DNA of 51,902 bases from Clostridia bacterium (lineage in GTDB: Bacteria; Bacillota; Clostridia; TANB77; CAG-508): positions 1 through 51,902 of the forward strand of contig JAAWKZ010000005.1 in NCBI GenBank assembly GCA_022797635.1. The letters run 5' to 3'. The translations under genes and the position numbers were made by a program. Shown here in pieces: positions 20,894 to 29,009 of the stretch (within the stretch, counting starts at the first letter, position 1; every line of letters starts with the position of its first letter). Under the pieces are notes generated by a model that saw nothing but the letters and a program-made list of their open reading frames with translations, was not told the DNA's origin and searched no databases.

Positions 20894-21913
20894 TTATAAG
20901 TTCTTTCTTCTAAGCTGACCACAAGCAGCATCAATGTCACTTCCCAACTCTCTTCTTATTGTTGCTACGATACCATGGTCATTTAAATAATCTCTAAATT
21001 GAATAATATTTTCATTACTACTTTTTACAAATTTTCCATTTTCAATTTTATTAATTGGAATAAGATTTACATGGCAAATCATTCCCTTTAACAGTTGTAC
21101 TAGTGCTTTTGCATCTTCTAAATTATCATTATTATCTTTTGCCAAAGCATATTCAAAAGAAATACGTTTATTGGTTTTAGCAATATAGTCTTTACAAGCC
21201 TGCATCAATTCCTTTAAAGGATATCGGTTATTAACTGGCATCATTTGGCTTCGTTTTTCGTCTTTAGTAGCATGTAAAGAAATAGATAAAGTGCATTGTA
21301 GCTCTTCATTTGCAAAATCATAAATACGAGGAACTAGACCAGAAGTAGAAATACTAATATGCCTTGCCCCTATATTCAATCCTTTTTGGTGATTGATAAT
21401 ACGAATAGCATGCATTACATTATCATAATTATCAAATGGTTCCCCAATTCCCATAAATACAATATTAGAAATGTGCTCTCCAATATCTTGCTCTACAGCC
21501 AAAATCTGCTCTACAATTTCACCTGAAGTTAAATTTCTTACAAAGGCAATTCCTGTTGAAGCACAAAATTTGCATCCCATTTTACACCCAATTTGAGAAG
21601 ATACACAAATTGTTTTTCCATGATGGTATTCCATCAGTACAGTTTCTATTGCATTCCCATCCAGAACATCAAACAAATATTTTTTAGTACCATCAGAAGA
21701 CTCTTGCTTTCTTAAAATTTCAAAATTACACATAGTATAATTTTGTTTTAATTTCTCTCTTAACTCCAAAGAAAGATTTGTCATTTCATCAAACGATTTC
21801 ACTTTTTCTATATAAAGCCAATTAAAAATTTGCTCTGCCCTATATGGCTTTTCTCCTAGAGAAATAAGTTCTTGCTTTAATTCATCTAAGTTGTAATCTT
21901 TAATATTTTTCAT
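20894..21913 (-). CDS. rlmN: Dual-specificity RNA methyltransferase RlmN
   Basis: CVSSQIGCKMGCKFC, MGIGEP and AACGQL motifs. Confidence 0.96.
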   Translation of the reverse strand: MKNIKDYNLDELKQELISLGEKPYRAEQIFNWLYIEKVKSFDEMTNLSLELREKLKQNYTMCNFEILRKQESSDGTKKYLFDVLDGNAIETVLMEYHHGKTICVSSQIGCKMGCKFCASTGIAFVRNLTSGEIVEQILAVEQDIGEHISNIVFMGIGEPFDNYDNVMHAIRIINHQKGLNIGARHISISTSGLVPRIYDFANEELQCTLSISLHATKDEKRSQMMPVNNRYPLKELMQACKDYIAKTNKRISFEYALAKDNNDNLEDAKALVQLLKGMICHVNLIPINKIENGKFVKSSNENIIQFRDYLNDHGIVATIRRELGSDIDAACGQLRRKNL

Positions 21914-22037
21914 ATAAATTTATTTTCTCCTATATTTCAAGATAGTTATACCACAAATTGTTATTTTTAGCAAGTAAATTAAGAATATATCTATAAATAA
22001 AACAGGCCTAGAGTTTCTAAACTCTAGGCTCAAAATT

Positions 22038-22283
22038 CTATTTGCTCAAAATCTTCACTAATGCTTGTTCAATATTCGAAAATCTCTTTTCAAATACAAT
22101 ATTGGTCATGTCAGCAATTTCTTCAAATTCTCTTAGTTTATCTAATTTTCTCATAGTTACCTTATGATGTCTTTCCATTTCTTGTTTGGCTCTTGTTTGC
22201 TCATTTTTTACTTCTTTTAATAATTCTTTTACTTCTTCAATTAGTGCTTCTAGGGTTGTTTGTTCGTCTAGCTCTTTAGACAT
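22038..22283 (-). CDS. Small coiled-coil hypothetical protein
   Basis: GAGGTG RBS; own TTGACT-17-TATAAT promoter (22354-22326) and hairpin terminator (22006-22030). Confidence 0.7.
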   Translation of the reverse strand: MSKELDEQTTLEALIEEVKELLKEVKNEQTRAKQEMERHHKVTMRKLDKLREFEEIADMTNIVFEKRFSNIEQALVKILSK

Positions 22284-22375
22284 ATTACCACCTCTTTCGT
22301 AAATTTGTATTTTCTATACTGTTATATTATACCATTATGTTATATTTTAGTCAACACATTTTACGAAATTTTGTT

Positions 22376-24139
22376 TCACTTTTCTTCTTCTACAATTTTG
22401 ATATGTACATCATCTAATTGTTTTTGGTGAACTCTACTTGGTGCTCTCATCAATAAATCTCTTGCTTTTTTATTTTTAGGGAAGGCAATTACTTCGCGAA
22501 TATTTTTGCTATCTGCCACTAACATTACCATTCTATCTAGTCCAGGTGCTGCCCCTGCATGTGGTGGCGTTCCATATTGAAAGGCATTATATAATGCTCC
22601 AAATCTAGTTTCTACTTCTTCCTCACTATACCCTGCAATTTCAAAAGCCTTTACCATTAACTCTGGATCATGATTTCTTACTGCACCTGATGCTACTTCA
22701 TAACCATTACACACCACATCATACTGATATGCTAAAATATCTAATGGATTTTTTGTCATTAAAGCTTCCATTCCACCTTGTGGCATAGAAAATGGATTAT
22801 GATTAAAGTCAATTGTTCCTTCATCAGATAACTCATACATTGGAAAATCTACAATATAACATAAACGATATACATCTTTCTCTAATAAATCTAAACGGTT
22901 TCCAATTTCAATACGAATTGCCCCTGCTATTTTCTGTACAGCTTTTAATTCATCTGCCATAAAGAATACACTACAGCCTGGCTTCATATCAATCTTCTCT
23001 TCTAACTCTTTTTGTACTTCTGTCGTAATAAATTTTGCAATTCCACCAGAAATGACATTTTCATTATCTACTTTTACCCATGCTAAGCCTTTTGCACCTG
23101 CTTCTTGCACAGCAAATTCTGTCATAGCGTCAAAGAATTTTCTTCCTTGCTCAGCTCCATTTTCTACAACAATTGCTTTTACTATTTTATCTTTGAAATT
23201 ATTGAATTCCACATGTTCAAAAATATCTGTTACATCTTGAATCACTAATGGATTTCTTAAATCTGGTTTATCACTTCCATACTTCTCCATAGCTTCTAAA
23301 TATGGTATCTTTTTGAAAGGTACTTCATCTACTTTCCAATCTGTATGTGTTTTAAATACAGTTGTAAAAATTTCACCTAATACTTTTAGTACATCTTCTT
23401 GTTCTGCAAAACTCATTTCAAAGTCTAATTGATAAAATTCTCCTGGTGCCCTATCAGCTCTAGGATCTTCATCTCTAAAGCATGGTGCAATCTGATAATA
23501 TTTATCAAATCCTGAAACCATTAATAATTGCTTAAATTGTTGTGGTGCTTGTGGAAGTGCATAAAACTCTCCTGCGTGTAGCCTACTTGGTACTAAATAA
23601 TCTCTTGCACCCTCTGGTGAAGAATTTGCTAGAATTGGAGTTTGAATCTCTGTAAAGCCCAATTCATCCATCTTCTTACGAATAGTTTTCATTACTTCAC
23701 TACGAATCAATATGGTTTTATGAAGTTTATCATTTCTTAAATCTAAAAAACGATATTCTAGTCTTAAGTCTTCTTTTACTTCTCCTACCTTATCTGAATT
23801 CACTTCAAATGGTAATATATTTTTACATTTTCCTAAGATCTCTATTTTCTTAGCATCTATTTCAATTTCACCTGTAGGAATTTTATCATTTTTACTCGAC
23901 CTTTCAATTACATTTCCTACTACTTGAAGCACGCATTCTGTTACAATATTATCTAATACAGCTTTATCAATTTCTTTGTTGTCTGCTGAAATAACTACTT
24001 GAGTAATTCCAAATTGATCACGCAAATCAATAAAAGCCATAGAACCTAAATTCCTAATTTTTTGTACCCAGCCTGCAATTGTTACTTCTTCTCCTACATT
24101 TTTAATAGTTAGTTCTCCACAATTATGATTTCTATACAT
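22376..24139 (-). CDS. aspS: Aspartate-tRNA ligase
   Basis: PEGARDY, LPQAPQQFKQ, CFRDED and GLDR motifs, GAD insert. Confidence 0.96.
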   Translation of the reverse strand: MYRNHNCGELTIKNVGEEVTIAGWVQKIRNLGSMAFIDLRDQFGITQVVISADNKEIDKAVLDNIVTECVLQVVGNVIERSSKNDKIPTGEIEIDAKKIEILGKCKNILPFEVNSDKVGEVKEDLRLEYRFLDLRNDKLHKTILIRSEVMKTIRKKMDELGFTEIQTPILANSSPEGARDYLVPSRLHAGEFYALPQAPQQFKQLLMVSGFDKYYQIAPCFRDEDPRADRAPGEFYQLDFEMSFAEQEDVLKVLGEIFTTVFKTHTDWKVDEVPFKKIPYLEAMEKYGSDKPDLRNPLVIQDVTDIFEHVEFNNFKDKIVKAIVVENGAEQGRKFFDAMTEFAVQEAGAKGLAWVKVDNENVISGGIAKFITTEVQKELEEKIDMKPGCSVFFMADELKAVQKIAGAIRIEIGNRLDLLEKDVYRLCYIVDFPMYELSDEGTIDFNHNPFSMPQGGMEALMTKNPLDILAYQYDVVCNGYEVASGAVRNHDPELMVKAFEIAGYSEEEVETRFGALYNAFQYGTPPHAGAAPGLDRMVMLVADSKNIREVIAFPKNKKARDLLMRAPSRVHQKQLDDVHIKIVEEEK

Positions 24140-24219
24140 ATGTATTCTCCCTCTTAATTACATTTGCCTTATTATACACCATTTAGCGTAACGTTACAAT
24201 ATTCTATTAAGAAAAAAAG

Positions 24220-24253
24220 AAACCTAATGAACTAAATTTAGTTCATTAGGTTT
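24220..24253. terminator. Perfect 34-bp palindrome ending the DGR operon
   Basis: aaacctaatgaactaaa|tttagttcattaggttt flanked by A/T runs, ~25 nt after the RT stop. Confidence 0.75.
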
Positions 24254-24277
24254 TTTTGGTTGAAGTGTTAATTTTCC

Positions 24278-25393
24278 TTAAAAATTTAATTTGTCATAAA
24301 CATATCTGTCCATTTTCTTAATAACTTTATAACTATTTCCCCTTTTCATATGGCCTCTCCAACTATAATAGGAATTCCATACTTGCTCTTTTGTCATTTT
24401 TCCTTCTTCTATCCACCTTTTAAAAGTTTTTATCTTTTTTCTCATTCTGGGAGTTGCATCTCTATTCATTTTCCTAATTACTTTTCCTGTTTGGGTACAA
24501 AAGAATTTTGTTTTCAAAAATTTAAAACCAGTAGCAAACTTTTGTATTTTAGTTTTCTTTTCATTTAGCATCAATCCTAGTTCAGCAACTTTCACTTTTA
24601 TTTTAGCTAATGTTTCTTTTGCTTCTTCTAAAGTTGCCGTAAAAAAGTAAAAATCATCCACATATCTTGCATAACATTTCACTCTTAACGTATCTTTGAT
24701 ATAATGGTCTAAGGGGGTTACAGCAATATTGGTATAAATCTGGGATGTATGGGCCCCAAGTCCAAAACTAGTATCACCATATAATTCCATACATAAATTA
24801 GCAACATGTCTAATCTTTTCATCATAAATACGTTTTTGGTGTTCTTTGTATACTACATAATGTGGTGCAGAATTGAAAAAGTCTTTAAAATCACAAGTAA
24901 CAATATAGCCATTTAAGCCATATTTTCTAAAGTGTCTTTGCATATGGCAATTCACTCTATCTAAGGTATGATCCATTCCTTTTCCTACTCTATTTGCTGC
25001 ATTATCATAAATAAATGTATTATCATAAATAGGAACAATTACATGGTCACATAAATCACGCTGAATAATTCTCTCACTTAACTTTTGTGCTTGAATTTTT
25101 CTTCTTTTTCCTCTTTCACAAACATAGAAAATATAGGGCTTTGAAAGCTTTAATTTATCTGTTTGTAAAGTTTCATAAATTTTATAAGTGGTAGAAATTC
25201 TTTTTTTAGCATAATTCTGTGTAGAAGCCTTCCATAATACATTTCTCATGCATTTTGTGCCAGCTTGATATAGATTTTCATAAGAAAATACTTCTTCAAA
25301 ACTACCACATGCTTCACTTTTCTTTCTTCTTTTTTCTTCCCTCATAGCTTTTCTTCTTTGGTATCTTAGTTCATGTCTTTCTTCACTTGTCAT
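24278..25393 (-). CDS. DGR reverse transcriptase
   Basis: GKRRKI, ERIIQR, DFKDFF, GAHTSQ (DGR-type SQ), LDHYIK, RYVDD and LNEKKT motifs; 371 aa, no maturase/HNH extension. Confidence 0.93.
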   Translation of the reverse strand: MTSEERHELRYQRRKAMREEKRRKKSEACGSFEEVFSYENLYQAGTKCMRNVLWKASTQNYAKKRISTTYKIYETLQTDKLKLSKPYIFYVCERGKRRKIQAQKLSERIIQRDLCDHVIVPIYDNTFIYDNAANRVGKGMDHTLDRVNCHMQRHFRKYGLNGYIVTCDFKDFFNSAPHYVVYKEHQKRIYDEKIRHVANLCMELYGDTSFGLGAHTSQIYTNIAVTPLDHYIKDTLRVKCYARYVDDFYFFTATLEEAKETLAKIKVKVAELGLMLNEKKTKIQKFATGFKFLKTKFFCTQTGKVIRKMNRDATPRMRKKIKTFKRWIEEGKMTKEQVWNSYYSWRGHMKRGNSYKVIKKMDRYVYDKLNF

Positions 25394-25403
25394 TTGTATG
25401 TTT

Positions 25404-25770
25404 AACCTCCGTACATTATAATTGCGAAGTAGAACTGACTATGAAATTGACACACTATAAAAATATGTCAACCATGCAAGCAGCGTCCAGTCATCTACAT
25501 CAAAGGTTCTTTTTGGTTTGTAATTACCACAAACTCAGGAACAAATTTCCCTTTCACAAAAGTTTTGATTCACTTTTTACAGTTACTATGTCTTACTTAT
25601 ATCTTGTGAAATCCAGGCGCAACGCCACCAGTGTTGCTCGCGTTGTTATTGTTGTTAGTGTTACCGTTGCTGTTGACATTGCAGAAGTTGTTGCTGTTGT
25701 TGTAATTAGGTGAACGAAGCCACCACCAGTTCGTACTGCCTGACAACGTAATTATCGAAATTTGACCTAT
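25404..25770 (-). ncRNA. DGR template cassette 7 (TR7 25609-25743)
   Basis: TR reads SGSTNWWWLRSPNYNNSNNFCNVNSNGNTNNNNNASNTGGVAPGF; spacer end contains the RT Shine-Dalgarno. Confidence 0.88.
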
Positions 25771-25853
25771 ACTTCCTTATATTTTTCTTAATAACCTTGA
25801 TTACAGAATTTTATTTTTTCCTAATTAAACACATAATTGACATATTAATTTTT

Positions 25854-26217
25854 AACCTTTGTACATATTTAATGCAAAGCAGAACTGGCTATGAAATTGA
25901 CATTCACTAAGAACTTATCAACCATGCAAATAGCGTCCAGCCATCTACATCAAAGGTTCTTTTCGGTTTGTGGTAACCACAAACTCAGGAACAGATCTCC
26001 CTTTCACAAAAGTTTTGCTTCACTTTTTACAGTTACTATGTCTCACTTATATCTTGTGAAATCCAGGCGCAACGCCATTGTTATTGCTCGCGTTGTTCCA
26101 GTCTGAAGCACCGTTGTTGTTGACATTGCAGAAGTTGCTGCTGTTGTTGTAATTAGGTGAACGAAGCCACCACCAGTTCGTACTGCCTGACAACGTAATT
26201 ATCGAGATTTGACCTAT
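25854..26217 (-). ncRNA. DGR template cassette 6 (TR6 26059-26190, one codon shorter)
   Basis: SGSTNWWWLRSPNYNNSSNFCNVNNNGASDWNNASNNNGVAPGF plus conserved leader and spacer. Confidence 0.88.
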
Positions 26218-26278
26218 ATTGAAATTTTATACTATTTTGTTATAACTTTAATTTTTTATTTAACTTATTTATTTTTCA

Positions 26279-26637
26279 AACCTTTGTACACCATTTATAG
26301 TAGAACTGACTATGAAATTGACATATAAAAAATATGTCAACCATGCAAGCAGCGTCCAGTCATCTACATCAAAGGTTCTTTTCAGTTTATATTTACTATA
26401 AACTTAGGAACAAATCTCCCTTTCACAAAAGTTTTGCTTCACCTTTTATTGGTTACTATGTCTTACTTATATCTTGTGAAATCCAGGCGCAACGCCATTG
26501 CTGTTGCTCGCGTTGTTATTGTTGCTGTTGCCGTTGCTGTCGATATTGCAGAAGTTGTTGCTGTTGTTGTAATTAGGTGAACGAAGCCACCACCAGTTCG
26601 TACTGCCTGACAACGTAATTATCGAGATTTGACCTAT
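26279..26637 (-). ncRNA. DGR template cassette 5 (TR5 26479-26610, one codon shorter)
   Basis: SGSTNWWWLRSPNYNNSNNFCNIDSNGNSNNNNASNSNGVAPGF. Confidence 0.88.
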
Positions 26638-26747
26638 ATTTCTTTAAAATCTCACTGTTTCTAGTCTCATACTGTCTTTCGATACTACTCATTATAAAAC
26701 TTTTCTATTTCCTTACTTAACATACATTTATTGGTATATTAATTTTC

Positions 26748-27115
26748 AACCTTTGTACATACTTAATGCAAAGCAGAACTGGCTATGAAATTGACATTCA
26801 CTAAGAACTTATCAACCATGCAAGCAGCGTCCAGCCATCTACATCAAAGGTTCTTTTCGGTTTGTATTTACTACAAACTCAGGAACAAATTTCCCTTTCA
26901 CAAAAGTTTTGATTCACCTTTTATTGGTTACTATGTCTTACTTATATCTTGTGAAATCCAGGCGCAACGCCATTGTTGTTGCTCGCGTTGTTCCAGTTGT
27001 CTGTGTTGCCGTTGCTGTTGACATTGCAGAAGTTGCTGCTGTTGTTGTAATTAGGTGAACGAAGCCACCAGTTGACCGTACTGCCTGACAACGTAATTAT
27101 CGAAATTTGACCTAT
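26748..27115 (-). ncRNA. DGR template cassette 4 (TR4 26954-27088)
   Basis: SGSTVNWWLRSPNYNNSSNFCNVNSNGNTDNWNNASNNNGVAPGF. Confidence 0.88.
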
Positions 27116-27200
27116 TCTATACATGTTCTAATTCTCTATAAACTTTAAAATAATATTTCATTTTATCCTATGCTTGACACATACTGATACTTTAATTTTT

Positions 27201-27560
27201 AACCCTTGTACACTATTTACAGTAGAACTGACTATGAAATTGACATAAAAAATATGCCAACCATGCAAGCAGCGTCCAGTCATCTACATCAAAGGTTCTT
27301 TTTGGTTTGTAATTTCTACAAACTCAGGAACAAATTTCCCTTTCACAAAAGTTTTGCTTCACCTTTTATTGGTTACTATGTCTTACTTATATCTTGTGAA
27401 ATCCAGGCGCAACGCCATTGTTGTTGCTCGCGTTGTTGCTGTTGTTAGTGTTACCGTTGTTGTTGACATTGCAGAAGTAGTTGCTGCCGTCGTAACCAGG
27501 TGAACGAAGCCACCACCAGTTCGTACTGCCTGACAACGTAATTATTAAAATTTGACCTAT
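27201..27560 (-). ncRNA. DGR template cassette 3 (TR3 27399-27533)
   Basis: SGSTNWWWLRSPGYDGSNYFCNVNNNGNTNNSNNASNNNGVAPGF. Confidence 0.88.
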
Positions 27561-27656
27561 ACTATTTTATATTTTTAAAACCTTAATGATAGAATTTTAC
27601 TTTATTTCCTTACTTAACATATATTGACATATTATTGAATATTAATATCTTCTTTT

Positions 27657-28010
27657 AACCTCTGTACGAAGTAGAACTGACTATGAAATTGACACATAAA
27701 AATATGTCAACCATGTAAACAGCGTCCAGCCATCTACATCAAAGGTTCTTTTTGGTTCGTAATTTCTACAAACTCAGGAACAAATTTCCCTTTCACAAAA
27801 GTTTTACTTCACCTTTTATAGGTTACTATGTCTTACTTATATCTTGTGAAATCCAGGCGCAGCGCCACTATGGTTGCTCGCACCGTCCGCGTTATCCGTG
27901 TCACCACTGCTGCCGACATAACAGAAGTAGTATCTGTCGCTGTAATAAGGTGAACGAAGCCACCACCAGAGCGTACTGCCTGACAACGCAATTATCAAAA
28001 TTTGACCTAT
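27657..28010 (-). ncRNA. DGR template cassette 2 (adenine-poor, VR-like core 27849-27983)
   Basis: SGSTLWWWLRSPYYSDRYYFCYVGSSGDTDNADGASNHSGAAPGF in intact leader/spacer flanks. Confidence 0.8.
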
Positions 28011-28107
28011 TCTATTTTATATTTTTAAAACCTTAATGATAGAATTTTACTTTATTTCCTTATTTAACATATATTGACATATTATTGAATATTAATATCT
28101 TAATTTT

Positions 28108-28465
28108 AACCTTTGTACTTTTTATAATAGAACTGGCTATGAAATTGACACATAAGATATGTCAACCATGCAAACAGCGTCCAGCCATCTACATCAAAGG
28201 TTCTTTTTGGTTCGTAATTTCTACAAACTCAGGAACAAATTTCCCTTTCACAAAAGTTTTGATTCACCTTTTATTGGTTACTATGTCTTACTTATATTTT
28301 GTGAAATCCAGGCGCAACACCATTGTTGTTGCTCGCGTTGTTGGCATTGTCTGTGTTGCCGCTGCTATTGACATTGCAGAAGTTGTTGCTGTTGTGGTAA
28401 TAAGGTGAACGAAGCCACCACCAGTGCGTACTGCCTGACAACGTAATTATCGAAATTTGACCTAT
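28108..28465 (-). ncRNA. DGR template cassette 1 (TR1 28304-28438), cognate template of the adjacent VR
   Basis: SGSTHWWWLRSPYYHNSNNFCNVNSSGNTDNANNASNNNGVAPGF; 12 of 13 mismatches to VR are at TR adenines. Confidence 0.92.
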
Positions 28466-28887
28466 AGTGTTTTAAATCTTTCAGCATCTGATTTCATGAT
28501 ACTTTTTAAAAGTCTCTGTTCTTCTGACAAAAGTCTTCCCCATTCCTGAAAAGCATACTCTTTCCATTCTTTATTTTCTTCTGGGTTCAGTTCTAATCTT
28601 GACTTCAATTCTGTCAATGGCAATTCCATATTTTCACAAGCAGCTAATGCTTGTTGAAAATGCATTTTACGATTTTGCGCATCTATTTTATTTTCTGGAA
28701 CAATATTATTGGCGATATTAGCCTCATAATATACTTTTCTTGCCAAACTACAAATATCTTTTGTCAAAAAGAATGTTAATCTTTTTGGAGATTTCAAGCA
28801 ATATGTCAAAGTATGCGCTGACAATTTCCTTGCATTCTCCAAAAATAAAGTTTTACTTTCATTTCTTTTACTTACATATACTGACAT
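28462..28887 (-). CDS. avd: DGR accessory variability determinant (Avd-like four-helix bundle)
   Basis: 141 aa, basic and helical, MSV..SKR.ES start; canonical position between target and TR; assignment largely positional. Confidence 0.8.
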   Translation of the reverse strand: MSVYVSKRNESKTLFLENARKLSAHTLTYCLKSPKRLTFFLTKDICSLARKVYYEANIANNIVPENKIDAQNRKMHFQQALAACENMELPLTELKSRLELNPEENKEWKEYAFQEWGRLLSEEQRLLKSIMKSDAERFKTL

Positions 28888-28912
28888 AATTGCTCTCCCT
28901 TTTATATAATTT

Positions 28913-28934
28913 TGTCCCTCCTTTCGGAGGGACA
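28913..28934 (-). promoter_or_regulatory. Candidate DGR target-recognition hairpin downstream of VR
   Basis: Perfect 9-bp stem tgtccctcc/ggagggaca with a GAAA loop on the minus strand, 75 nt after the target stop. Confidence 0.65.
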
Positions 28935-29009
28935 GATTTTTTCACCGTTTCTGGCTCATACCTCTATTTTGTTCTCTCTTCGCTCGTTGTTCGTGTCAAG
29001 GGCCAGATC

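Noticed and set aside
22295-22368. Invertible promoter from a 9-bp inverted repeat (tttcgtaaa/tttacgaaa) around the promoter of 22038..22283
   Set aside because: The repeat is short and AT-rich with no recombinase nearby; plausible by chance.
24278-25393. Group II intron or retron RT
   Set aside because: SQ motif, short length without maturase/endonuclease, and adjacent avd and TR/VR identify a DGR RT.
27624-28102. Antisense sigmaA promoters from TTGACA in linkers and spacers
   Set aside because: The -10 matches are poor, and the spacer TTGACA is one arm of an RNA hairpin.
25404-28465. CRISPR array interpretation of the periodic repeats
   Set aside because: The period is ~450 nt, the variable parts are homologous to each other and to the VR, and there are no cas genes.
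25404-28465. Array as a pure assembly artefact of VR/TR read diversity
   Set aside because: Most linkers are unique and the flanks show compensatory changes, which mis-assembly would not produce. Long-read confirmation is still advisable.
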